A stretch of DNA of 55,431 bases, filler included, from Sphacelaria rigidula (GCA_964200075.2; 6 parts of 6 records of this genome joined end to end with filler, not necessarily neighbours in it); one strand, 5' to 3'. Counted from the first letter of the whole stretch, positions 1 to 14,037 are shown. Numbers and translations are program-made. The notes: generated by a model from the sequence alone, not told the origin.

Positions 1-2027
1 GTTGCTTTATTATCTGGTATCGCCACTTCCAGATATAGCAACGGCTTATACACTGCGTCATGGGTGTCTCACCATCACGACAGGGGGGCAAGAGAGGAAA
101 AAACGAAAATCACAGCTGAGCTAGTTGGCCATATGATATTCATGAGCCAAAACACTCTGTAAAATCGGTTGGACGGTACTTGCGGGTTCCCTGGTAGAGG
201 GTAGCCGAATCGTATTACAATACAGTAGGTTCTATTTCTCGAGCAGTGGTCCATCACGTGAGCGTGAGCCAGATTCTCGGTGAAACCTCATGTATATAAT
301 GATCGTGCTCGCAGGTATGGTACTTGGCAATTCCGTTTCTGTAGTTCTGAACAGTAAATTAATTATGTTGTCTATTTCAGTTCTTGGAAAACCGAGTGTC
401 CCCAACATCACGTACCAATACGATGCAAACAATGACACTCACTTCACGTGCAGCATACATCAGTCCTCGTACGCGTATCTACAAATGCACGCATATCCGG
501 GTCTTGAGAGGTGAAACGGTAAATGCGGGCACAAGACCCAGCTCGAAATAACGAGTGTTGCACTGGGCTGATAGCGTACGTCTTTCTGCATCTTTCTTCG
601 CTAGTGCTGCTTTGTTTCAGGTCAAACGAGACGAGAGAGTATAACTGCACTTTGTGGGGAAACAAGAAGGTACATGGTGTACCACGAGTACAGTACCAAA
701 CAAACGCTAAAAATTTGGGTATGTCGTTGAACAAAACAGCCGCATGACTGGTTGCGATGACTTCACCGGCAGGTAGGTATGTATGGTATTTTCTGTTCTG
801 GTCCACTCTTCTCCGAAACCTGTGCTCAAGCACCGACCTTGAACACCTGGATATGGCGGGAACGTGGCGGATATTATAGTAGAGTATAGGCGATGAAACG
901 CTTTTGTGAAAGATGATGGTACGTCACAGAACTGGTGAAAAAACAAGGTATTAATAGTCTCACACACACGCTACTATACGGATGCGTGACGTGGGTCCCG
1001 TACCGCGAACACTGCGACTTGCTGAGAAAGGTAAACTACCTTCTCCTCCTGCGAGTCATCCGGTACCGTCGAGTGCGTGGCACATACTGACAGCTGTCGT
1101 ATGCGCAGGTCCTCAAGAAGACCTGACGCTAAAATGCCGAAGCCATCGTCCGGCAAGGGCGACTGCTATTCGCGGGAGTCCTGGCTAGACAACCGGACAG
1201 ACGACTTCCGAAGCGAACAGCATTCGGAAGAATAGTGGGGGAGATCCAGGATCAAGTTGCCCAGAACAAAACTGGCTGGAGTGCCTGAGGGACGATCTCC
1301 AAGCTTTTGGAGCCACAGACGGCTCTACGGACGACAACCGCCAGACATTTGGAATTGACGGCGTCCTCTGACCCTCAGCAGCGAGTAAGGAGGGGGGGTT
1401 GCCGTGACACGCGGGAGTGCTGCAGGGAGCGGAGAGGTTCATGATCTCATGGCACAGAAACGAAGAGGAAGCCAACCGACTGCGTGCGATTGGACGGGAC
1501 ACCGACGAAGCCAACACGGCAATGCCGACGGTCCAGAGAAGGGGGGGGTGGGGAATGAACTCCCCCGATAAAGGGTGTCCTTATGCCATGCGGTGCTTGT
1601 CTTGATATGCCTGGTATGCTTGTACGTATGGCTTTACCTCGAGAGGTTGAAGGATAGAACCTTGCGATCCTTAGTTCTTTGGCTGGTGATCTTTGGGCCT
1701 TGATTTTGGCCCGTAGTCTGACCCTATGTCCATCTCTACTTGGCCTCGCGCGGCGAGTTGGAAAGTCGGGCGCCGCCTCCTGAAGTCCGAATGACCACCT
1801 GCGGCACCGGATGTTTCGATCGATGTTAGCTATACTTGTGTTTTTTTTCTTTTTCTTATTCATTCATGTTTTGCTTGTATCGCGTCTGCTGGGTTTTTTC
1901 TCGGTCCTTTTTTTTCTGATTTCATCATACCTTGTTATAAGTAGCTAGCCTGTGACCATTGAAGACGTCCGTATCAGATGCCCAGTACAGATGTACTGCG
2001 CAGATATCGGAACGGTTTTTAATGTGA

Positions 2028-2028
<1 letters not shown>

Positions 2029-2073
<45 letters not shown>
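2029..2073 (+). repeat. (CAA)n microsatellite, possibly a retroposon 3' tail
   Basis: About 14 perfect CAA units; same motif as the tail of the LINE relic at 4303-4345. Confidence 0.9.
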
Positions 2074-2074
<1 letters not shown>

Positions 2075-3299
2075 CACAAAAACGGCCGTAGGGCATCTTG
2101 CTGAAGCGCGCTTCGTAGAATTGCCCACGGTGTCCACTTCGCCGTCGAATTGACACACGGGGTACCCTCATGAAAAGCGACTGAGGAAGATGCCCTACTA
2201 TCTATCTTTTTATAGAACTCTGCACGCTATGCTCTTCCATCGGTTCTGCAACATACCCAACACCCAGCCCTAACCCTTCTCTTATCCTTACTCTTATAGC
2301 CTCTTTTCGCGCATAGAACCTCCTTCGCCACCTACACTTTCTTGTGCCTGTTTCCATCCGGCGGTTCCTAAGAAGGCAAAATGCTGTCTTCTGTCCTTCC
2401 GCGTTCCTCACTGTGACAAAAGAGAAATGGTTGCAAAGCCGCCTCTGATCCTACGAAGAACAAATCTCTCGCGAGGAAGCTTAGATTGACGATCCAGGGG
2501 CTAGTTTCGCCGAAAGACGAGGCTCAGCGGATTAGTTTATCTCGGAGACAGTCGCCGTCCTCTCCGGGGGGATACCAGCGTACTGTTTCGATATTTTGTG
2601 CTCCCAGTTTGACTTTTTGTCGAAAAGGTGACTCGTCAAATAGAACAAAGCGTATTTATCTGCACCGACCTCAGAGAAGAACGTTTTGAGGGATTCTTTC
2701 ATGAATATTTTTTCTGCCAAAAGTCACACTGGTCACACAAAGGATCGGGAAAAAGTGCGCTAGAACCCTCTCGGAGCGTACAGCAAGCCGTTGACGTGGA
2801 ACAATCCACGAAGCCCCGTACTCCGGCGAAATGGCCCTGAATCGCCAACGTAGGCTTATGTGGGCGAGGTTCATTTTTCACAGAGGTATGCTGGTCACAA
2901 AATGCTCCCGAGCACCACTTGCACATGTGTTCCTCTCTCCGAACGGCGGGCGGCTGTCTTAGCAAACGTTCACCGGGTGCAGGTTTGGTCACGGCGCGCA
3001 TTCCGCAAAAGATAACCCGAGCATGGGCATACGCGGGTACGAGGAGTGCCGACGAGTCCGAAGCGGGAAGTCATACACATGCGTCCCAAAACCCCGATTA
3101 TGCACGTCAGTGTAACTCATCCATCGGGCGGCAAAGCAGGAGCCCTCAAGTATCCCATTGAGGCAGAAAAATAGACAAATATTTCGAAGATGCCCTGACA
3201 GTGACGGCTAACGGCAAAGCGACGGGCCCGGATCGTCTTCGTGCTGAAGCAAAGCTTGGCTTGGCCCGGGGACCTTTGGATATTCTGTATCACTTCCAC

Positions 3300-4303
3300 A
3301 GCATCATCGCTGCGGTTTGAACATCTGGCGAGGTGCCGCAGGAGGAAAAGACGACCTGTTCAAATGCTGCACAGGAAAAAGGGTAGGACCGAGTGTGGTA
3401 ACTATAGGGGTACCTCTCTCGTGACAGATGCCGGGAAAGTTCTCCTCAACGTCTTAGCCAACAGGCCCGGTAGCTACTGGGAGAACGTAGGGATGTTCTC
3501 ATATAAACGGTGCGGGTTTCGGGCGAGAAATATCCCTCTAAGCACCTACTTCATCGATTCGCAGAAGCCGTACGCCTCAGGAGACCGCGCCAAGTTTGCC
3601 CGCCTTGGTGGTGTTGTCAGCGACGATGCGAGTATTTCAATCGCAGTCTAACCCCACATCAGCGCTGCATGAACACGCCTCTAAAAGTGCAGTTCCCAAA
3701 TTGGCGATCGGCCCAACGTCCAGCTATCTCTGAAGATCCAGCCGCTCAAGTCAGAGGTAGTGAAAGCTATACTGTACGGATGCGCTGCATTGACCCTGCG
3801 TCCCCAAGACTGCTGTGAGTGGTTGGATTGCGCGAGAAGGAGCGAATTGACTACAAGACTTCGCTGCACAGAGATGTGCTCCAGAGGACCAACTACGAGC
3901 GCATCGAGATGACCGACCATCCGCAAGCGTCAACTCTAGTTTGCGCGGGGCCTTCGTTCGGGAGGACGAAACACGGCTTCTGAAGCGCATCGTGTTCGGA
4001 CAGTTAGCCGCAAAAGGGCCCAAAGGGGCTGGCCGCCCTCCCAAACACTGGGGGACCGCCTCCGTGAGAAACTACGTGCACGAGGGGCTCTTCCACGCAA
4101 GGCAGCGGAAATGGCTCATCCATGGTGTGGAAGTCAGAGAAGCGCACGATTGGGTCACTGCGACGAAGAGCATGGGCAACTGGCCTATAGTAGTCGACAA
4201 AGGGGCAGAAGATTTCGAAGAAGCGTGGCAACGCGAAGACAAGAGCCAATCGGATATTCGCCACAAACGAGAGGCCCCCGCATCGAGAACCGTCATCGCT
4301 CAC

Positions 4304-4345
<42 letters not shown>
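3300..4345 (+). mobile_element. Decayed, internally deleted RTE-like LINE (RT fragment, C-terminal region, (ACA)n tail)
   Basis: Translation gives KKGRTECGNYRGTSLVTDAGKVLLNVLANR...CGFR...FIDSQKPY (RT N-terminal motifs NYRxISL, QxGFR, FIDxxKAY) and RLLKRIVFGQL...GRPPKHW (RTE C-terminal motif), ending in (ACA)n at 4303-4345. Confidence 0.85.
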
Positions 4346-4346
<1 letters not shown>

Positions 4347-4594
4347 ACGCGAGGAATTCAGAATGAAAGTGATCGAGAGAGTGTCCCGCTTTGTACCCGA
4401 CAAGGGAAAGGTAGGGTAAACTGGGATAAGACGACAAGTGATCAACCCATATCTTCTCTTATCGGTTTTCGACTTTTCTCTCGCCCTGTGATATTGCGGT
4501 GTCCATTGATTGTGCTTTTGTACAAGCTCGCTCTACTGTGCCCATGGGTTTCATCCATCCCTTAGTTTCCTCCTTCTCTTTTCTCTCTTTCTTG

Positions 4595-4650
4595 TTGTCT
4601 CACTTCTCTCTCTTTCTCTTTCTCTTTCTCTCTCTCTCTCCCTCTCTCTG
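4595..4650 (+). repeat. (CT)n-rich microsatellite
   Basis: Direct reading of the sequence. Confidence 0.85.
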
Positions 4651-6599
4651 AACGTTTGTTTCCTCCAGTGTTGTACACTCGCAGTTTGGTGCCTTACCTC
4701 CGGAGGTGAGAGCTCACAGCCAAATAGTGTGGGCGAAAACTCTGAGCCACAATCTGCTCTCATGGTGTTTTCGGTTTGTTTATTTTGTGTGGTGTGGGGG
4801 TGCAGGTGCTTTTTTTTGCGCACCGCCGCTTCACGTGAAGCCATGCTGTAGAGGCCGGCCACTCCTAGTCTCGTTGGTGATTTTGTGTACTTCGAAGAAT
4901 GAGTTATGTTCTAGTGGTTCTTCATATCCTTCCTTCCCTTTTTCTGCTTGTTCTAGTTCTTGTTCTGATTTTGCTTTGCTGGTGTTTGTCATTCATTGTT
5001 AATCACTCCACTCCGCTTGTTTGCTATATTTTTTGTTGTTCCCTCCACTTTCGTACTCCGTTAAGAAGAGTTTGCGTTTTGTTTACCCTGCGTACTGTAC
5101 AATGGTAGGTGAATCTATATGGGCTCAAATGTCGTTACCTTCAGCTTCATCGACCGTCAGGAGGCCTCAGACCCGGGGCGAGCACTATCTTGTATATTCT
5201 AAAACCAAATGATTCGCTCCAAAACCCTGCTTGGCTGACAACCGATGCCGTCTTGACCATACGTATACACACTGTCCACAACAGTTGCATTACATTTGCG
5301 ACGCTTTCTCTTTCTCGATAGCTCATTCATTGACGCTGTTTTTCCGTCGCTCTGCGTTGATCGGCGAGCAATTGTTTCAAGTGTCAACCAAATGACAATA
5401 CAAGCGATCTGCTACGTGTGTGTCCACACCCTCTCGTTTGCGCCGCTGTTGCTGAAGGATTAAGTCGTCCGTTCATCATATTGTACTCACGTGCGTCACG
5501 AAGAACGAGCGCTCGGATACTGACTATCAACAGAGTTGAACGAGTGGGTAACATACACACATATGCACTGGCTGAGACAAATGGGGAGGACTTTCAGGGT
5601 GATTCAACAGAAAGAGCACCCCAGAGCGAACGATGTTTCCATATGTACGTTGTTCCCAGTATATGCCCGTGCACATAACTTCCTACAATAGCAAAGGAGA
5701 GACGAAACCAAAATCAAAGGAGAGTAGCCTTGAAAAATTTTCTATGATAGGTTCGGGTGATGGAAGCGGGCATGGGTCACGGTCACGGTTCAGAGGTATG
5801 GGTCAGAAAAACGGGGATGTCGCAAATTCGGTAGCCCTCGGCCTATCGGCCGGAGACAAGCTTGATGGCCAAAGAGCGCACGACAAAAGTCCAGGAGGCT
5901 TAACGCTTGGCGTAAGAGGACGGGTGTGGACTAAATCTGCGGTGGTCTCACCAGTATTCGAACTGGACGTGCCGCCTGCTTCAGTTTCCGGAGATCGTCG
6001 TTGCCATCACACGCTAAGAGATCTTCCCTCCTGATCACCGCCAGCATGATGTCTCCCCTAGTGCGCACGTAGCAGCCTTTAGGTCTCCCCATCGACGGTA
6101 GTCTAAACGGCCTCGAGTAACCTAGAGTCGATCGTGCTGAACCCGGTAAACCGTCCGCGCTAGAATCTAACAGGAACTGCGTAAATTTCAAATACCCCCC
6201 AACAAAACAGCAAGAAGTCGTGTCGGGTGTGACACAAACAAAACGAGATGTCGCTCGACCGAGGACGATCCGTCCGTGCAGCTGTGTCGGTAGGCAAAAA
6301 AGGTGGGTGTGACCTGGTTATATAGTGTGATTATTGATTTACAATACGCACTTTGCCGGTGGTACGCTACCTAAATGAAGGGATTTTTACGAGATACGGA
6401 ACATACGTTTGTTCCCCATCGGTCGGTACGTTGTGCCAGTATTGACGATTCACAAAAACCGACTTCTTCGCACACTACAAATAAGAAGTACCGACAAAAC
6501 TATACTTTTCCCAACGGCAAACATACGCAACTGAGGGATCATGTAGAACAAACGGATGGAGGGGGTTGTAAGTCTTGCCTGTTGCTAGCAACTGAGCAC

Positions 6600-8528
6600 C
6601 TAATGAGCGATTTCGCATTCCAGCTGCGGCCTTATCCGACTCACCTTCAGCGGAGGCGATGGCGGGCGCACGGAGGACACAGCGGTTGCCCAACATGCAG
6701 GCTCTATATATCGCTCCTCCTTCTCTATCTCATCCACGACATGATCTACATCTCCGGGTTGCCCATCCAGACGGGCCTCAAGATGAGACCTCACAATCTC
6801 GTTGGCGTTGCTGGAGAGCGCACCGCAGTATCGGTCGGTATCGAGGCTGGAGTAGCTCCGCCTCTTGGACACCGCCTCGGTGGAAGTGGCGTCGGACACC
6901 GAGGACCCACATGTGGCCGCCGACATTGACGCTACGGAGTCTAGAGGACATGCACTCGAAATTCCGCACACGCTGCTCATAGAGTTGTCGACCTCTATGC
7001 GCCCTCCTAATATCCGAGATCCATGTGAGGCCTGCACCGTCTTTTCAAGAAGATCCCCGATGCTTCCGCCATCCTCCCCGACAAGTACCACCATCGGTAT
7101 CTGTCCGGAGTCGACTTGTCGAGTCAGCTTAGGAGCGACAGGGAGGACACCTCGGATTGCCTTTCTCTCTGCTCTTCCTATTTCCGGCTTTTCGCTTCGC
7201 CAGGTATCGTCCCCAGTTGCTGGGGGAGAGGGAGAGCTTTCTTGCTCCCATCGTTCCTTACCGACGTCAATGACCCTATCTGCTGCCCTGGGTTCACTTT
7301 GTGTTGGATCAGGTGCCTCTGGTCGTCGATCCGTTTGTTGAGTCCCCGCGATGTGGCCCTTCGCCACGACGACCACACCATCGCCTTGTCGCGACGCAGA
7401 AACCTCGTGATTGGGCGTATTTGCGCGACTACTAGCACCACAGTGTTTGTCTCCCGTGTGGATCTCGGAGATCCATGGCTCTGGCCCCCCTCCAGCGGTG
7501 ATCACGCGATCCGCCGTTTTTGGCCGTACTTGGTTCTGGTTCCTTCGATGTTGCGGTGCGTGCTCGGGGCTACATGGTAACTTGCGTTGAGGCCATTCAG
7601 ATCCACCGTCACGATCCCCACGCGGGGGTAACAGCAATGATTTACCGCTCAGTAGCGTCCCATCCATTGTTGTGCGTGTGGGAGAAATTGGTGTTGTTGG
7701 ACGAGACAGGGTGATCGATCCCGTTGAAACGGGTGTCGCAGTACGCTCGGTTGGCCCGCACGTGAAGGCAGGGCCGAATTGGACTAGATCGTTGCCAGCT
7801 GTGTCCGCCACGTCTTTCGAACCCAGCACCACACGCGCGACCATCAATACGCGCTTGTCCGAAGGGTTACCCCATTTAGATATTCCGTGTTCAAGGTTTC
7901 CCGAGAAAATTCCCTCCTGTTGCGTGGGCCCGATACTGCATCGTGCGCGGCGCTGTCCATCCGGCGTTGTGGTTAGTAAACGTTGTTTCGGTTTTAACGT
8001 GCAGAAGCCTGACGGATACGTGTCCTTAAGTAGCTCATCATCACCTCCACGATGTCGTCGATACCTGAAAGACGGAACTGTCGATGTCGAGGGTGGTGGC
8101 GCGTCTTGTGCAGCCTTGGCCGAAACACAGACGGCATCGTTGGTCGTGTAGTTCGGCAGGGGAGGATTCAGGGTTGGTATGATTTAACGTGCCGCAGCGT
8201 TCTATTTGTTGCTCCGTACGAGTCCGAGACTATCGATCTTGACCTGTGGTCACTGTAATACGCAGATATGCGTCTTACTATGTAGGCGGAGCACTTGATT
8301 CACTGATCGATTGTCGCGCATTAATGGAGTAACTAACATGAGCCGCCGTTACACTCTAGTCAAAACATCAAATCCTGTCTCGCGCAAGACCTATCCAACT
8401 CCTACCCAGGAGGCATATCGCACGCGCCGTGGCACCCCACCGAGTAAGAAGCTGCTGTCTAAGTGTCCGCACCCCTGAACAAGGTAGAGTGTACCCTCTG
8501 TCCGTTGTCCGTCTCGCACTACGCTACA
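6600..8528 (-). mobile_element. Possible LTR-element relic: candidate LTR (about 8254-8528) upstream of a 415-aa low-complexity ORF of unknown function
   Basis: Long intronless ORF 6600-7847 with no motif I recognise; the upstream segment reads TGTAG...TTACA on the minus strand. No second LTR, clear PBS or pol seen. Confidence 0.3.
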
Positions 8529-9156
8529 GGAATTGGAACCCATGGTACGCTACAGTAGCCAATAACGTTTGAGCAAAACATCATTGAATTAGGATTTCTC
8601 CCAAATTTCGCTCGAAAGTTCTAGAATCGGTAGAAGTTGGCAGAAGAACCAGCTCGGTCACAGGAAGTATTATTTTGCCAACTTTGAGTTGTCCGAGCAT
8701 CGCTGGGTTACACAAGTTCTGTGGGGGTGTTGTTGGGCGCATTGCGGTTAAAAATATCACGGTTAGCCAACTGTAGCGCAGCAAATGTCAGAACTACAAA
8801 GCCTGAGACGTGTGATTGTTCACCATAACGATCGAGATTAATTCGATTTGGTAAAGGTATCAAAGAACACGAGCCTGGCTGGGGCTGCGTTTCTGTAGGA
8901 CCCCCGACGTCGGGTCAGCCCGCGGTAAAAGTCGTTCGAAATTGATGTCAACATCTTTCTTTCATGAATTCATGTCGGTATGAAGTGTCTCTCGATTCCG
9001 GAATGTGAGGACTACCTCTTTACCGCAATGAGTCTTAGTGTACCAAAACATCCGTCATGTATCAGGGGAGAGATTTATCGATCTCTCGAGACCATGGTCT
9101 CGTCGTGGGGAGGGGGGGGCGTTCTCATGTGTTGCTTGCCTTAGTCGTTTGACCAT

Positions 9157-9256
9157 NNNNNNNNNNNNNNNNNNNNNNNNNNNNNNNNNNNNNNNNNNNN
9201 TTAATTAATTAANNNNNNNNNNNNNNNNNNNNNNNNNNNNNNNNNNNNNNNNNNNN
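9157..9256. other. Assembly spacer (N44-TTAATTAATTAA-N44)
   Basis: 100-bp N run with a central six-frame stop linker; identical spacers occur at 18413, 27669, 36924 and 46178. Confidence 0.98.
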
Positions 9257-9722
9257 TTTTGCCTCCCAGAACCATGCACTTTTGGGGGGGGGGGCTATCG
9301 TAGAAAGTGTCTTTGGCAAGCACGGATCCGTCAAAAATCGTGCGTGACAAACACGCACGGATGTGCTTCGGCACCAGTTCAGTAACAACCAGTAAGGCGG
9401 CCTGCATACTACGTCCTCTGCTGTTCATTTTGACCGCCTCTTCATACTCGACGTATTTCTGATAAAAACGTCGGGACGCATTTTCGCGAAAATGCCGTCC
9501 ATACTCTGGGGCTTCCAGCGATCCTGCAGGCATAAGCTCAGTAAACTTGAACTTCACCTCTTCGCCTGCATCGCCATCACCCACTTTCTTGCGCGTTGCC
9601 AAAGCTGCACGCAACAGTTCCAGCCAACCTAGCCGTCTCTCTGTTGTCAGCGAGCTCCCACACTTTACAGAGTGTACACTCGTGTGTACAAAGTCTGATA
9701 TAATTTCTCCGCAGCTGCCCAC
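9257..9722 (-). mobile_element. Gag-like ORF fragment of a probable LTR retrotransposon, truncated by the contig end
   Basis: Intronless ORF containing RRFYQKYVEYEEAV...VTELVPKHIRACL, resembling in my recollection stramenopile gypsy-type gag N-termini; not verified. Confidence 0.4.
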
Positions 9723-9899
9723 AGCTGAAAAACCTCTTCCAGAAACCAGCGGGTTCCTCTTAATAAACGTTTATTATAGAGCCCCCCTGGACTCAGAACA
9801 AGGTCACAAGATTGCTCCAAGGGCTTCCTCCCTCACTAGGGCCTGGAGACTTCAAGATAGTTGTTATTCATAAACGCACAGCCTTCGTTACCGGAAGTA

Positions 9900-12560
9900 A
9901 CCACATGCGTGAAGCATGTGATGTTCAAATCCACAGTCTGCCGGTCAGACCCGCAAGTCCGTCAACCAATAGAAAACGCCTACTGCAGATTGTTCCACTT
10001 GTATATCATCATGAATCTGCTCGTACGTGTCCTGGAGGTGGACTACTCTACATGGCGGAGGTCGAGGTCCGTTTGCCGTGGTTGGATTAGTATGCATGAC
10101 CTGAATAGCGGTTTGAGGTTTTTTGATTGTCTGAATATAATGATGGCAAGTTGAAGCATTGAAGCTTTGATGGCGGGGAGGCATGCGATGCATGCGTTTT
10201 TAACGGTGTTGCAGAAGCAAGAGGCCAGGTGCGTTCTAGACATGTTGGGTGCTTCTTTACTTCTAGTGTGAGGATGATGTATCATTTGGCTGTTGCACTG
10301 CGTCGCGCAGGTGTTGAACGTACAAAAAGCGCATTCTGTATGTTGAGAAGTACCTTGTCTCGGATGAGAGGGACGATGAGTCACGGATCTTCTGGACTTT
10401 GACGTTTGCTGATATTTCCGGTTTCGTGCCGATGAAGAGTCAAGAGACTTGTTTCGGGCGAAGATTTGAGTTTGGCGCTAGCTATCGCTTCGTAACTCGA
10501 AGTGGTGCAAGTAGCTTGCATGTTCATGATGGACGATATTTTTTTGGAATCTCTTGCGAGTTGTTCGGAAGTGGGGCAAGCTTGTATGGAGCTGTTGTCG
10601 AAAACAGCGGAAGAGATTGCCATTCTTTGCGGAAAACGACGGTACTATCAGGCACCAATGATGTCTGAGTTTGTCAAGCTCTGATGTAACTGCTTGTTGG
10701 TAGTAGAGAGCTTTGAGGATGCTGTACACCTAGCCACCATTGTAAACCTAAGGTCAGGGGCATTGTAGGTGGAGTTGCGGGTCTGATTGCCAGACTCTGT
10801 GATGGTGACCTCCATGACGAGTAGAGCCGGTTTTGCTACTCTGGTGGAGAGAGGCTATGGCCCTGTTCTCCTGTACTATGCTGAGGGTTAATACAAAAAT
10901 AACTGAAGCTGTTGAAGTCCATGTGCCCGTGATGGGAGGAGTCCACATGGCAATCTGATGTTGAGTGACAGAAGGACAGCTTCAATATTACGGGCAGGAT
11001 CGACCGCCTCCTGGAGAGTAACCGCTGGTTTCTGCGTTGTAGACGTATGGCGAACGGCGGGTTTCAGGCCGTTCGACCACATGCAGACGGTAAAAGCTGT
11101 CCAAGCATCATCGATGCCTGGTGCCCGTTTGACGGCTGACTCGTATCGGTGAAGGACTTGACGGTCCCGGGTTACGTATCTTTGTACAGATTCCGTGGGT
11201 GACTGAGTGAAGTTGCAATAGCACGGGCGTGCTCTTGCACACCATTAGCTGGCATGAGCAAATTTAAAATGCGGACGCCAAGTGCTCCCATGTGCGTGGG
11301 GGTTCGAATGGACCTTTAGAGCGCACATCATCCGGCGTAACACGGTCTGATTCCCAATCGATCTGGCCTTCCATCAACTGACTGTACACCAACAAGCTAC
11401 CCCCCATCGAGGATAAGACAGAGGTGTTCATATGCCAGGACATCGCCGTAAGAAGGGCCGTTAGGTCGCACAGATTTAGCTTTGAAGCCGATCTTGATAC
11501 GGTAACTGCTCAGAAGCTCAGGGAGATCTATACTATTAATAGTCGTTTCGTGGCTTCAGTAATGCGCGGGCAGTGTTTGAGGTCAGCTGGTGTTATGTGA
11601 CACACCTTCTTGGATTGGTCGGACATCACTGTTGACAAATGATCCACCAGTGCATCAACTGAGCTACCGCCGCTACGAGTCATGGTACGGGACATTTTGG
11701 CAAGATCAGATGGTATTTGACGGACATGCGCAGATATCTCGGGGATTTGGCCAGAGTTGACCTTGTCGAACTCAAGTTGTACAGTACGCCACATCGCTGT
11801 CATCGCGTCGCTGCGTGCGTCAGAAGTTGAAGTCGACGTGGTAGACGAAGTAGCGCGGGGAGATGAAGGGTGGCGGTTGGAGGTGACGAGGTGGTCCAAA
11901 GTGAGACTGGTGACGCCGTGAAAAAGGGTGTCGGCTGGGACGATGCAGCTGCTGTGGCTGCTGCTGCTGCTGCAGTCATAGCCGCGGTCTGCGGGGACGG
12001 GTTCGCGGCTGCTTCAGCTGCTGCCGCTGCCGCGGCGACGGCAAGGGGAAGGTGTTCTTGCGCGTTGTCTACCGGGGTGTCACCCTTGGACTCTTCGACA
12101 CCAGAGTTGGGCATGGTGTCAACAGAGTCAGCTGCCTCCAAGCCCAAACCGTGGTTGAGGAGGGTGTCCATGGAGTGAGTGAGGGTTTGACATGCTTAGA
12201 TGTTAGATCGCTGCCGTCAAGACGCCAATATAAGACACAGTCGGACAGTGAGTGTGACTTATCCTACCCGAACGGTGTCTGTGTGTGCAGGTTGTAGCTT
12301 CTCACTCGGTGAAAGGGTACGGAGTGTGCGGAGCCGTGGCGTGGACTTGAAGAGGACGGACTTTGCAAGCCGGTTTGGGTTAAGGTACAAAACTGACGGA
12401 GATAAGGATGCACCCACGAGGGAACATCCAGACACGGGAGAATGACACTACCAGACTGGGGCTTGGATGGTGACCGTCCCAGGGCGACAGACCCGGGAAG
12501 ACGGTCCGGGTTGACTAGCCCAGGGTTATTATATTATTAAGCGGGTCGGGTCATCATACA
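9900..12560 (-). mobile_element. Ty3/gypsy-type relic: 5' LTR, PBS, frameshifted gag, protease remnant
   Basis: The minus strand at about 11270-10960 translates, across stops and frameshifts, to PRTWEHLASAF...FTQSPTESVQRYVTR...WSNGLKPAVR...TLQEAV (retrotransposon gag pattern). Gag ATG at 12171; Cys/His stretch near 10340-10260; DCG-x-NITC protease-like remnant near 9940-9915. Confidence 0.75.
12229..12560 (-). repeat. Candidate 5' LTR (332 bp) followed by PBS-like TGGCGTC at 12227-12221
   Basis: Minus strand begins TGTATGA and ends TCTTATA (imperfect terminal inverted repeat), then TGGCGTC, about 50 bp upstream of the gag ATG. Confidence 0.55.
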
Positions 12561-13801
12561 GATATCATAATAACATGTATATAGGTAGAGAAGTACATGT
12601 ATTGCAGACAATCCTGCCAGATTATGCAAAACCCAAATAGTTCATTAGCTACGTACCCAAACCTGCGGCATAGGTCACGAACTCAGCGCAGGGATATCTA
12701 CTGCAGCAGTGATAGGAACCCGACATCACCACACTTTTGGCATGATGTGTTTCTTCTTATTGGCAAAAACTTGGGCATCTAATTTTGTGGCAGGGTCCAC
12801 CGACGGAGTTGCGTGTCGGGGCGGGCGATCAAATTGCCAACGCACTCATGGGCAGTAGAGGCGGTGAAAAAATGCACGTGGTTCAACTCCGCTTCGCATC
12901 CTCCTGTACGCAGAGAGTCAGAAAGCTGTGCTGTCTGTCGAATCTGCTGTGTGCCGCGTTACCCGCTTCTTTTCCACATCGCGCCCGCATGCTGTGCGAA
13001 ACACACACCACCTGGACAGTACAGGCCGCAACTGTTGTATAGTCTGTACTGTCTGTACTCACTGTGTGTTGAATATAAGTAAAGAACCGCTCCACGAATT
13101 CTTCGCCTTTTCGATTCAAAGCGTGCAATTTCGCTCGGACCCAAACATAGCAAAGCGAAGTGAATCAATTCCGCCGCACGAAGTCGTTCGAATCGGAGAA
13201 AATTTGATGAGACAACGCAAGGCCATTTCTTCCGATTCGTATTTTATCTGGCTCGTATTTTCCACTTTTAGGACATTTGACAAGGTTTTTGACCTCCAAG
13301 CAGGGACAATCGCCACCAAACGTCTTGGACACTTTGTATCACCCCACCGAGAGGAGCCCAGCCCACTTTTCCGATTCTATTGGGTCAGAGATTTCGAGAG
13401 CGGCCTCTGGACAAAAATACGAGAAAAACACATATTGCACAGTCTGAAGGGATTTTCACACTTTTTTTTTCGATCGAAAAAGTGCGGTAGAATGTTTTTT
13501 GCCGATCTGATAGGTCCACCGTATTTTATGTTCCTTGAAGGCTTTAACTCAAAATTATAATTAGCGCCGCTTCGTGCACTTGATCCCTATCTTACAGACC
13601 ACCACGCCAAATAACACCTGTTCACGTGCACTTGTAAGGTGTTGTTTGGTGTGGCCGTGGCGCGCTCCCTCGTAGTGCACCGTTTTATAGCGGAGCAAGG
13701 CAATTGTCACGAGAGATCTTGATGGGTTGAGCAGACGACGTACGCGAGTGGGGCGCTGCATCGCCATGCTTTTCATTATTCATTCAGACGTCACCCGCTG
13801 G

Positions 13802-14037
13802 TGTACAGTTCTATCTCAACCTTCGCTCTCTGAATCTCAGCCCTGAACCCCAACTATAGAGCTTACAATATAGAGCCGCGGAGCCGTTCTGGCTAGACTG
13901 AGCACTAGCTGCAGTACTGGTTCCCGGACCGTTCCTGTTTGTACTTTGTACTGAACCACACTGGCTCCTACTAGGCTGGTTGACTACATGCCTGCGAATC
14001 CACGTATGAGATCAATGTCCAACACATAATCTGCACA
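13802..14037 (-). repeat. 3' LTR (236 bp) of the copia element, preceded by PPT GGGGGAG (14044-14038)
   Basis: Minus strand reads GGGGGAG|TGTGCAG...CTGTACA, a 6/7 terminal inverted repeat, just downstream of the RNase H stop. Confidence 0.75.

Noticed and set aside
835-2420. Possible minus-strand LINE remnants
   Set aside because: Coding-like stretches, but no diagnostic RT or endonuclease motif I could anchor.
9201-9212. TTAATTAATTAA palindrome repeated five times
   Set aside because: Synthetic six-frame stop linker inside N spacers.
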